Shown here piece by piece: positions 1 to 8,364 of a stretch of 21,083 nt of DNA; positions within the stretch are counted from its first letter, which is position 1, and every line of letters begins with the position of its first letter. The notes beneath the pieces were generated by a model. The model was given only the letters and a program-made list of their open reading frames with translations. It made no database searches and was not told the DNA's origin. Origin of the DNA: an uncultured Chlamydiae bacterium (GTDB lineage: Bacteria; Chlamydiota; Chlamydiia; Chlamydiales; Parachlamydiaceae); assembly GCA_963830365.1 (NCBI GenBank), contig CAWHMU010000043.1, positions 1 to 21,083 on the forward strand, given 5' to 3'. Position numbers and translations under genes: made by a program.

Positions 1-256
1 GGGGAATCCAATAAACACCCGTAGCTTCCATAACACCAATTTCCACATTAGCCTCTTTAAGAACTTTGACTATTTCACGGAGTTCAGGTGTCGTTGTACC
101 AAATTCCCTCACGTAAGAACCACCTTTACCATCGGGAATAGCTATATGGATTCCCTTATCTCCTATATCGATGCCAGCAACAGTAGGATCGATGTATCCA
201 AGTTTGTTTTTATGTTGTTGTTTTTTGAAATGATTGGAATTGCTACTATTAGACAT
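1..256 (-). CDS. IS110-family transposase/recombinase, N-terminal DEDD (RuvC-like) domain; partial, runs off the window start
   Basis: Hand translation from the ATG at 256 (AGGAG RBS at 264-268 on the minus strand) gives MSNSSNSNHFKKQQHKNKLGYIDPTVAGIDIGDKGIHIAIPDGKGGSYVREFGTTTPELREIVKVLKEANVEIGVMEATGVYWIP. GIDIG and MEATGVYW are hallmark IS110 motifs. Absent from the ORF track because there is no stop in the window. Confidence 0.92.
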   Translation of the reverse strand, partial: MSNSSNSNHFKKQQHKNKLGYIDPTVAGIDIGDKGIHIAIPDGKGGSYVREFGTTTPELREIVKVLKEANVEIGVMEATGVYWIP

Positions 257-490
257 GAACGATCTCCTTATTAGCTTTTGTTTTGGTAAAAAGAAAGTTT
301 ATAAGAGATCGTTCTTTTTTCTGAAGATGGCATCTAATGACACCGTTACTTTTCAGATATCAGCGGTAAACCGCTTGGGCGCTACAAAGAGATATGCTTT
401 GCCCAAAAGAAATAACCTTTAAGACATATCCATAACATGGTTCATTATCAGTTTCCTCATCCGATAACCTGCGATGAGTTTTTTTTAAGA
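257..490. ncRNA. Candidate IS110 bridge/seek RNA region (strand unresolved)
   Basis: Stem-loops: TCTGAA(320-325)/TTCAGA(352-357) around an inner stem, AGCGGT/ACCGCT (362-375), TTGGGC(375-380)/GCCCAA(401-406), and CTCATC/GATGAG (456-478) followed by T8. Segment 381-393 is the exact reverse complement of 502-514. Confidence 0.5.
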
Positions 491-506
491 CTTACGGACC
501 GATCTC

Positions 507-681
507 TTTGTAGCCCGCAGCTAAGGCTTGCGAGCGCAAGCGAAGACTGCTGCAACTACGGGAAATCGGATATTTGCATTTAACTCCGTAGGAGTTCCTC
601 TCTTTTGTGCTATATAAATTACTCTATTTTGACGACATTGGGTTAACACCTGTGGCTACATGCATCTGCCGTATTCACGGC
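507..681. repeat. Degenerate GTAG-REP doublet (REPIN-like)
   Basis: TTTGTAGCCC start as in the 7.8 kb and 17.9 kb elements; CCCGCAG(514-520)/CTACGGG(556-562) stem with inner GCTTGCG/CGCAAGC hairpin; mini-palindrome AACTCC-GTA-GGAGTT (582-596); opposing CTAC at 656-659; mini-hairpin GCCGT..ACGGC (668-681). Confidence 0.6.
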
Positions 682-724
682 TAACTTAAGCTGCTAGATC
701 CTGGATGTTTAGATGGAACGGCCC

Positions 725-800
725 GGGGTTAGGCTTGCGATTTGAAAGGAGTAGGGCTTTCTAATAGCCTGTAGGATTTTCAAATCACATAGCAGACCCC
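725..800. repeat. Imperfect inverted repeat
   Basis: GGGGTTAGGCTTGCGATTTGAAA (725-747) pairs imperfectly with TTTCAAATCACATAGCAGACCCC (778-800); inner GTAG-GGCT..AGCC hairpin. Confidence 0.45.
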
Positions 801-1003
801 AAACCTTAAGTCACCACCCGCGCTATGAGGTTTTGCGAACTTACAAAATAACACCGATGGCAGATTTCGCCTTTTTAGCCTTAAAATCAACCATTTTTAG
901 GCATGGTTCTCTAATTGGGATTTTGAGTAGAGGGATAAATATTGCATTTATGATATAGATAAACATCTTTTCAAAAACCTAAAGCTGGCAGTTTTCGCAT
1001 TAG

Positions 1004-2125
1004 ATGGATGGCGTAACTTTTCTTATCGATTTCAAGGCTTTGGCGCTGGTAGCACTATGCGTGCTGCCATTATGGCTGCTTTTTCGCTTTCGGCAGGGGT
1101 TTGTTGAGCCATCGATTGCCTTTTCGGATGTCGCTAGCCTATTGAAAAACCGGGGGCGGGTGAGTTTTGGCAATTGGCCGCAGCAGCTGATGTGGCTGGC
1201 ATGGCTATGCTTGGTATTAGCCTTTATCGATCCCCATCTTTTAATCGAAAGGAAAGCTGAAAAACCGTTAACTCCTCCTACTGAGGGAGTAGCCATCTAT
1301 CTCGTCTTGGACCAGTCGGGGTCGATGCAGGAGCAGGTATTTGCTCCTACCGATACGGGCATGCGCCTGCTTTCAAAGACAGAACTGGTAAAGCAGGTGA
1401 CTCGTCAATTTGTCGAAGGAGATAAGCGCCTTGGCTTGCCAGGCCATCCCAGCGATATGATCGGCCTGATTTACTTTGCCAGAGGCGCGCAGGTGCTGTC
1501 GCCGCTGACGCTTGACCATGCCGCCGTCTTGCAGCAGCTGGCAAAATTCAATGTCATCGGGGATAAAGATTTGGACGGCACCTCGATAGGCTATGCCATT
1601 TTCAAGGCCGCCAGCCTGATGGCAGCGACGCGTCACTATGCGGAAGAGCTTAGTAGCAAGGGACAGCCTGCTTATCTTATCAAGAGCAATGTGTTAATTT
1701 TGCTGACCGATGGACTGCAAGATCCTAATCCTTTGGACAAGGGCAAGCGTTTGCGCAATATGGATGTGCCGGAAGCTGCGGCCTATGCCAAGGAGCAGGG
1801 CGTGCGGCTTTATATCGTCAATGTCGAACCCAAGCTCGGCGAGGAAGCATTTGCGCCTTACCGCCATATCATGCAGCGTGCGGCCGAACTCACCGGTGGC
1901 AAATTCTATATGGTGGATAGCCAAAGCAACTTGCAGCATATTTACCGTGATATCGACAAGCTTGAAAAAAGTGCGCTGCCGCAGCCTGAGAACATCTTTG
2001 CGCGTGAGCATCGTCCGGATCTTTACCGCCGAGTCTCTTTTTATCCATCCTTGATTATGTTGGGGCTTTGCTGCCTGAGTATGGCTGTGCTGCTGGAAGC
2101 CGGCTGGCTAAGGAAGGTGCCATGA
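1004..2125 (+). CDS. batA: BatA-like von Willebrand factor A domain membrane protein
   Basis: N-terminal TM segments, MIDAS motif LVLDQSGSM, SPLTLDH, GTSIGYAI, LILLTDG, AELTGGKFY, IYRDIDKLEK and a C-terminal TM. Confidence 0.85.
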   Translation: MDGVTFLIDFKALALVALCVLPLWLLFRFRQGFVEPSIAFSDVASLLKNRGRVSFGNWPQQLMWLAWLCLVLAFIDPHLLIERKAEKPLTPPTEGVAIYLVLDQSGSMQEQVFAPTDTGMRLLSKTELVKQVTRQFVEGDKRLGLPGHPSDMIGLIYFARGAQVLSPLTLDHAAVLQQLAKFNVIGDKDLDGTSIGYAIFKAASLMAATRHYAEELSSKGQPAYLIKSNVLILLTDGLQDPNPLDKGKRLRNMDVPEAAAYAKEQGVRLYIVNVEPKLGEEAFAPYRHIMQRAAELTGGKFYMVDSQSNLQHIYRDIDKLEKSALPQPENIFAREHRPDLYRRVSFYPSLIMLGLCCLSMAVLLEAGWLRKVP

Positions 2126-3243
2126 TTTGGCGCAGCATCCAATACGACTACGGACAGGCCGCTTGGCTGCTTTTTGGAGGGGTTTTGCTGGCTTTGGCCT
2201 TCTTATCGCTCTACCGTTATCGTAGGCGGTGCTTGAGTGCTTTTGCCGATCAGACGCTATTGGAGGTGCTGGTGGAGAAGCGCCAGCCGGCGGCTTTCTG
2301 GCTGAAATCGGCATTGTGTTGTCTGGCTTTTATATGCGGGGTGTTAGCTTTGACGCAGCCAAAGGGCAATGCGCGTTATGTGCCGGCGTTGCCGGGTCAT
2401 AAGGCGGAGCAAGCTGCATTCACTGGCGTTGCCAGAAAAAAGATGCATGAGGTGATTTTGCTGCTTGATGCTTCGGCCTCCATGGGTGTGGCTGATGGCA
2501 ATGGCGGCAGCACGCGCCTGGCTGTCGCCAAGGAAATTGTCGATGAAATCATCAGCCGTTTAAGCGGAGAAAGTGTTTCCTTACTTGCTTTTACTTCGGC
2601 GACAAGCCTGCTTGTGCCGGCGACAACCGATTATTTTTTCACACGCCTCATGCTTAGGCAGATAGAGATCAATGAAGGAGAGAGTGCCGGCACCGATATC
2701 AAGCAGGCATTGGAGAATGTACGCAAGCGTTATTTTGAAAAGGTATCGGCCATTCCCAAGACGCTGATATTGCTAAGCGATGGCGGCGATACGCATTATG
2801 AAAGTCTGCCGGCGCAAGCCCGTCAGCAGTATTTGACTGAAATCACCAAACCTGTGGCCGCTGCCGTCCAAAATCATTTGCGAATCTATGCTGTCGGCAT
2901 CGGTTCAAGCCAAGGCAAAGTCGTTCCCGGCGTAGAGTTTGAAGGCAGCCCGGTGCTTTCGGCAGTGGATGACACTCTTTTGCGCACTTTGAGCCGCATA
3001 GGACAGGGGCAAGTGTGGCTGGTAGAAAAGACCACGCCTATGCAGGTGGCGCACGCCATTATAGACGCGATGGCAGAGCAAACTATTTTCGAGGAAGAGC
3101 CCGCTAATCTGCCGCCGGTAGAGGGCGGTGCCAACGAGCGCATTTACGATTTATATTTCCAGTTGCCACTGGCCTTTGCCATCATCGCCTTGGCCTTGTT
3201 TTTGCTGATCCCCGACACCCGCCGCCGCAGGGAGGGGGTATGA
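2122..3243 (+). CDS. batB: BatB-like vWA domain membrane protein
   Basis: Start better placed at ATG 2122 (ATGA overlap with the batA stop). Motifs LALTQP, LLLDASASM, TRLAVAK, PATTDY, GTDIKQAL, LILLSDG, IYAVGIGS; C-terminal TM. Confidence 0.82.
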   Translation: MIWRSIQYDYGQAAWLLFGGVLLALAFLSLYRYRRRCLSAFADQTLLEVLVEKRQPAAFWLKSALCCLAFICGVLALTQPKGNARYVPALPGHKAEQAAFTGVARKKMHEVILLLDASASMGVADGNGGSTRLAVAKEIVDEIISRLSGESVSLLAFTSATSLLVPATTDYFFTRLMLRQIEINEGESAGTDIKQALENVRKRYFEKVSAIPKTLILLSDGGDTHYESLPAQARQQYLTEITKPVAAAVQNHLRIYAVGIGSSQGKVVPGVEFEGSPVLSAVDDTLLRTLSRIGQGQVWLVEKTTPMQVAHAIIDAMAEQTIFEEEPANLPPVEGGANERIYDLYFQLPLAFAIIALALFLLIPDTRRRREGV

Positions 3244-5022
3244 GCTATCGAATGAGGTGTTTGGTGGCTGCCATATTGGCCTGTGGTTCTTTATATGCCT
3301 TGCCGCAAGATGCTACCATGCAGGCGGCGGAAGTCTATTTCGAGGCTGGCGACTATGACAGAGCGCGCGCGCAGTATGCGCTATTGCAGCAAGAGAGGCT
3401 GCCTGGCTGGCAGCAGGCGATTTTGGACTATGATATAGGGACGGTATGGCTGGCGCAGGGCAAGTGGGCGGAGGCGTTGACGCGCTTTCACGAGGCTGCC
3501 ATCGGAAACCTTCCCTTACCGCTGCTGCAGCAGCGCCGTAGCTCAAATATCGCTTTGTCCCGCCTGTTACTAGCCAGGGCACACTTCGACGCGTTAAAGG
3601 AAAATTCAGCCGCTACCGAGGGAGACTATCATTTGCTTATTGTGCAGTTTCATCAGGCACTTGAGGATATGGAAGCGGCGGCAGTGTCGGCCTGCGTATT
3701 GACCCGCGCCGAAGGGGCAAAGACGTGTCTGCCGGCGGTTGATATCGAGGAGATGCGCCGGCAGGCTGAAAAGCCTATTGGCATCACTTTTGGACAGCTA
3801 TACAGCTTTCCGCAGCCAGCATGCTTCATTGCCAGCCAGCGTGGCGTTGCTTAGCGCCGCAGGCGCCATGCTTGCCGAGCAGGCGGAGTTTTTGCAGCAG
3901 CCGTCGCTTGCCAAAGGGCTGAAAGCCAAGTATCTGGCGGCCTATCTGGCGATAGGTAGCAGCTGGCAGCCTCTATGGGAGGGCTCGCAGCAGGCTGTGC
4001 AGCAAGCCGGCGGAGACAAGCAAGTAAGGCTGTTGCTGCAGGCGCGGCAGGATTTTGCTAAGGGTTTAGTCCTCATGCAGCAAGAGGAGAAGGATGGCAG
4101 CCAGATGGCCTTTAAAAACAGCGGCGCAGCTTTAGATGAGCTGCTGCGGCTGGCATTAGCCGGCAAGGCGCTGCCTGGGAATTTGCAGCTTTTGCTCAAC
4201 AATTATGATGAGGTACTGGCGCAGGAGCCATTGCAAATACTTTCACTTGCGGCCCTTACCAACCTTCAAGGGCAGCTGTCAGGTGCTGGCGATAAGCTGG
4301 TTAAAGAGACGGGTCTTTATCAGTCTGCCCAAAATTATTTGAAAGACAGCGTGCGAGCCATGGATGACTTTAAGCCGCTGCAAGCGCGCATGTATATCGA
4401 AGTGGGCCGTTTCAATATTAAAGAGCTATTGGCAGGACTTGAGCCGGCGCCAACAGCTTTAGCTGAGGCGGCATTGGAAAAAACATTATCTCAGCAAGCT
4501 CTGGCCTTAAAGCTGAACGAGCTATATGAACAGGCTATAGCGCATGAGAGCGTGGATAGGGAAGTCGAAGAACTGCTGTCCGCCATGCAGGCAGAGGTTA
4601 TGGAGACGGCCAAAACTTTCAATAGGGCTGCCATAGCGCAGCAAAAGGTCGATTTTTCCGGCCATAAAAGGCATCTAAAATATGCCTGGGATGAAATTAT
4701 CGCGCTATTTTCGGAAGGACAGCAAGCCGCCCAAAAGGCTGGCGAGTTGCTCGCAGCGGCTGGACAGCAAGGTGGCGCCATGCCATGGCAGGAGACGGCC
4801 ATCAAAAAATGGCGGGAGGCGCTTACGAAATTCCATGCAGGGGTCGCGGCAGAAGAGCAAAAGGCCGCGCCGGAAAATCCCACCGCGCCCGCGACCTCAC
4901 TGTCACAGCAGGCCGCTTTCGATGATTTGCTGAGCCAGCTACAGGAGATGGAAAGCGATGATCGCAGCCGGCCGGAGCTGCAAACGTCACCTAGCAACAA
5001 AGGAGAAGAGAGGCCATGGTAA
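3240..5022 (+). CDS. BatC-position TPR/helical protein, split by a one-base frameshift near 3764-3773 (ORFs 3240-3854 and 3739-5022)
   Basis: Signal-like N-terminus and TPR-like YFEAGDYDRARAQY / YDIGTVWLAQGKWAEALTRF. Removing one base in CAGGCTGAAAAGCC joins the frames into ~593 aa ending ..ERPW, similar to the W-terminated BatC tail. Confidence 0.65.
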
Positions 5023-6875
5023 AGCCGGTGATGAAATGCCGTAGAGCACTTTGTTTTTTTATGCTGACGTTAGCGTGGCTGCCGCTTGGCGGTGTTGAAG
5101 TCAAAATCGCTACCGAGATAGATCCTTATTCGGCCTATGCCGACCAGCCTCTTAGCGGCACCGTCATGGTGACGCATGATCAAAATCAGCGCGTGGATGG
5201 TGGCAGTTTTTATTTGGATAAGGAGGCGCTGGCCGTCGATTTTGTCAAGGAGGTGGCGCTTGCACCGCCGGTGGTCATCTCCATTTACAACTTCCACATA
5301 CCGGGCAAGGCGGCGGGGTTATATGCGTTGCCGCCCATCAGCGTGTTAGTGGGGGGTAAAAAATATTGGTCGTCAATGTCCAGCTACACCGTTGCGGTGC
5401 TTAAGCCTGGCGCGCCTCCCCCTTCAGCGCCTGCGGCGGCATCCGTGCCAAACGAAAGCCGGCCGCCGGCAGTGGCGAAAGCAAGAGAGGTTGCTACGGC
5501 GGCTAGTTTGCGGCTGGAAGCCGGCATTGCCGGACCTGCGTCTTTATATCCCGGGCAGCGCACAAAATTATATTACCGCTATTTTTATAGCGGTGATATC
5601 GATTTGACGGTTGAGCAGCTGCCGCTGCTGGACGCGAAAGGGTTGATTAAAATCGGTGAAAAGGAAATCAAAGACTACACGCAGGGCGAGCTAAGCGTCA
5701 GTGAGATCGGACAGGAGGTAGAAGGGGTTACGGCTGGCGATTATGTCTTTGGTCCCTCGTTGATTGAGGGTTATGCCTATAGCATCGATGCTTTGGGAAA
5801 GCATATTCCAAGTGCAGACAAGCTAACCTCCTCTGCGCCGGCGGTGACAGTCACGGTGCTGCCATTTCCAACTAAGGGACAGCCACTTTCATTCAATGGG
5901 GCGGTGGGGAAATTTGAATTTAAGGTGACGTTGCAGAGTGCTGGTGAAAGGAAGGTTGGTGAGGAGCTGGCGTTGGTCATCGACATTTCAGGTCAGGGAA
6001 ACCTGCGGAATGTGCCTCTACCGTCCATTGCGCGGCAGCCGGGATTTAGCGGTTTCTTTCGTTTTAGCGATCTGCCGCCGGTGGTAACCATTTCCGAGGG
6101 AGTCAAGCAAAGCCTTGTGCGGCTGCGACCGCTGACAGCCGATATCAAAGAAATTCCGAGCATCGAATTTTCGTTTTTCGATCCAGACACTGGCCGTTAT
6201 ACCGTCTTGCATAGCCCGCCGTTGCCGCTGACGGTAAAAGCTGCCGATGCCATGCCCCAGCAGGTAAACAAGACAGCGGGAGGACATGCTGATGAGGTAA
6301 TCCCTGTCCCTCAGATTATGCCTACGCATCAAGTTCAGCCTGTCAATGAGGTTAAAGTCACTGAGGGTGAAGGCTATGCGGCGCCGGCCATTGAAATTAA
6401 AGGTATTTTTAGTCTTAAGGCAGGCGATGTGCATAACTACTTTGGCGGCACCTGGTTGGTATTGGTCTTGCTGCCGCTCGGGATAGCGTTGCTGATCTAT
6501 CAAAGACAGCTGTGCAATTATCTTGAGAGCGAAAGACTTAAGATCAAGCCTCTTACGACGCAGGATCTTATGCGGCGGGCGCTAGCACATCCTGAAGGTT
6601 CAGCGGCTTATTTTGAAGGCATCAGCCTGGCCTTAAGGCAGGCGCTATGTCAAACTCAGCTATCGCCTTCCATGGAGGTGGCTGATGAGGAGTTGGCAAC
6701 GGACGGACTAAGCGGGAAGGTGCGCGTCTTTCTACTGGAGCTGCAAGCCAAGCGCTTTGCCGGCAAGAACATATCGTCTTATGCCGCGATAAATTCCCAG
6801 GCGCAGGCACTATTAAAACAGATTCAAGAGATTAAACCGCCGCTACCGGCCAAGGAGGCTATGCATGATACCTAG
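5016..6875 (+). CDS. batD: BatD family protein
   Basis: Signal peptide (start may be 5031), repeated beta-sandwich-like segments, FNGAVGKF, ISGQGNL, IPSIEFSFFDPDTGRY, late TM; operon position. Confidence 0.8.
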   Translation: MVKPVMKCRRALCFFMLTLAWLPLGGVEVKIATEIDPYSAYADQPLSGTVMVTHDQNQRVDGGSFYLDKEALAVDFVKEVALAPPVVISIYNFHIPGKAAGLYALPPISVLVGGKKYWSSMSSYTVAVLKPGAPPPSAPAAASVPNESRPPAVAKAREVATAASLRLEAGIAGPASLYPGQRTKLYYRYFYSGDIDLTVEQLPLLDAKGLIKIGEKEIKDYTQGELSVSEIGQEVEGVTAGDYVFGPSLIEGYAYSIDALGKHIPSADKLTSSAPAVTVTVLPFPTKGQPLSFNGAVGKFEFKVTLQSAGERKVGEELALVIDISGQGNLRNVPLPSIARQPGFSGFFRFSDLPPVVTISEGVKQSLVRLRPLTADIKEIPSIEFSFFDPDTGRYTVLHSPPLPLTVKAADAMPQQVNKTAGGHADEVIPVPQIMPTHQVQPVNEVKVTEGEGYAAPAIEIKGIFSLKAGDVHNYFGGTWLVLVLLPLGIALLIYQRQLCNYLESERLKIKPLTTQDLMRRALAHPEGSAAYFEGISLALRQALCQTQLSPSMEVADEELATDGLSGKVRVFLLELQAKRFAGKNISSYAAINSQAQALLKQIQEIKPPLPAKEAMHDT

Positions 6876-7679
6876 CCTGACGAATGGTGTAAAAGCCTTG
6901 TTGGTATTGTCTATGACAGCGCTGCTGCTGCTCATTTTAGCGCTGAATTTTAGACCTGCTGACAGCCGCCTGCAAGAGGCTGATGACAGCTACCGCCGGG
7001 GGAAGCTGCCAGGACCATCGATGGGCGAAAGACGGCCTTTAATCAGGCGTTGGAGCTTTATCTTGCCTTGGAGCATGACTATCAGCCGGATTTTGGCAAT
7101 GGTCATTTGGCATATAATATCGGCAACACCTACTTCCAGTTGGGTCAATATCCAAGGGCGATCCTCTATTACGAACGCGCTAAGGCTTTGATGCCGCGGT
7201 CAGAGAAGGTGGCGGGTAATCTTGAGTCGGCGCAGGATAAATTGCAGCTTTCGCCTGATGTGCCGGCTGGTGCCATTGCCAAGTTATTTGGATATTACTA
7301 TCTTTCTTTGCCTGAGCGACTGCAGCTATTTTTCGTATTTAGTCTGTCGGCTCTATTTTTATTTTCCGGCTGCATCTGGAGTCAAAGCGCTTGGTTTAAA
7401 AGGGGCGCCATTGTTGCGCTGATATGCATGGCCATCATGCTTATCAGCCTTGGCTATACGCGTTATTTGGCGCCTATTGAGGGCATTATGGTACAGTCGG
7501 CCGAGCTGCGGCGCGATGCAGGCCTGTACTATGCGGCGGCAGCCAAAGAGCCCCTGCCGGCCGGCAGCAAGGTGGAGGTGGTGGGTGTTTCGCCTGACGG
7601 CAGCTGGCTCAAGCTGTCGACGCCGGGCGGTGATTTGGGCTACGTGCCGCAGGAGTCAATCCGTTTAATAAATAATTAA
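6865..7679 (+). CDS. batE: BatE-like TPR + TM + SH3 protein, split by a frameshift in the G5 run at 6998-7002
   Basis: Adding one G gives ..EADDSYRRGEAARTIDGRKTAFNQALELY.., continuing into TPR YNIGNTYFQLGQYPRAILYYERA, two TMs and an SH3-like tail (LPAGSKVEV..SWLKL..GYVP). Confidence 0.78.
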
Positions 7680-7772
7680 AAGTTAGGCTTTGCTCACCTT
7701 TACAGGGGAAACTTTCGGTTACAGCTCTGTGTCAAAAAAGGTGGCTCAGGCTGAAATCCCCGCCATTAATTT

Positions 7773-8068
7773 TTTTAAAAAGTCATGGTTGCTGAGCTCC
7801 AAAGTAGCGACAATATTTGTAGCCCATGGTGTGGCGCCATTCGCCGCAAACCGTGGGTCATAACAAAAAAACAATCCAGCCCCAAGGGGGGTTATAATTG
7901 CATTTTTGCCGTTTCATTTTTATTGATACTATCGAGGCTTAAATTATAACGCCCCCTTGGGGCTAAATTATTTTATTTGCATATCCCACGGTTTGCATCT
8001 TCGACGCTACACCGTGGGCTGAAAATATTGCCACTCCTTCGGAGCTCAGCAACCATGATTTTTTGAAA
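7773..8068. repeat. ~295 bp foldback (REPIN/MITE-like), intron-free copy 1
   Basis: Perfect 18 bp IR TCATGGTTGCTGAGCTCC (7783-7800)/(8041-8058). Inner paired blocks: AGCCCATGGTGTGGCG/CGCTACACCGTGGGCT, GCAAACCGTGGG/CCCACGGTTTGC and AGCCCCAAGGGGG..TTATAATT/AATTATAA..CCCCCTTGGGGCT. Homologous to 17828-20013. Confidence 0.92.
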
Positions 8069-8216
8069 TAAAAGCCAAATAACCCAGAGCTTCATCATGA
8101 GTCGCTTTTTTATCATTGATCTGTAAATGAAAAAATTCATTTTTTGACCGAATAGGTTAAAGCCCTGTTCACCTTCATAGGAAAACTTTCGGTCACGATG
8201 ATACTATCTTCTCTAT

Positions 8217-8290
8217 CCCCTCTCCGTGGTCTCTGTGCCTCTGTGTTTCAAAAAAATCAAACACAGAGGCACAGAGAGCACGGAGAGGGG
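8217..8290. repeat. 32 bp-arm hairpin of the CTCTGTGCCTCTGTG repeat type
   Basis: 8217-8248 versus 8259-8290 pair at 31/32 with a 10 nt loop; internal ~8-9 nt periodicity; related to 13066-13209. Confidence 0.9.
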
Positions 8291-8364
8291 CTTGCCATAA
8301 TCAATCGGTTTTTTTGACCAAAGGGGTGAATAAGGCCTTAAATTTGACCGAACACCACTAAAAG

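Larger units (their letters stand above)
1..500 (-). mobile_element. IS110-family insertion sequence, left end (boundary uncertain, about 490-505)
   Basis: IS110 ORF plus ~240 nt of AT-rich, structured non-coding sequence that ends at a GTAG-REP-like element. IS110 elements usually lack terminal inverted repeats, so the boundary is inferred. Confidence 0.7.

Noticed and set aside
234..422. 62 aa plus-strand ORF
   Set aside because: Overlaps the IS110 start antisense and lies in the structured non-coding end.
6998..7002. Programmed frameshifting or phase variation at G5 tracts
   Set aside because: The tracts are too short, there is no slippery heptamer with stimulator, and the same error type occurs in unrelated genes.
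7892..7950. TATAAT in both foldback arms as convergent promoters
   Set aside because: No credible -35 element at the right spacing; cannot be supported from sequence alone.
7680..8352. CRISPR array among the repeats
   Set aside because: The repeats are inverted and nested, not regularly spaced direct repeats with unique spacers; no cas genes.
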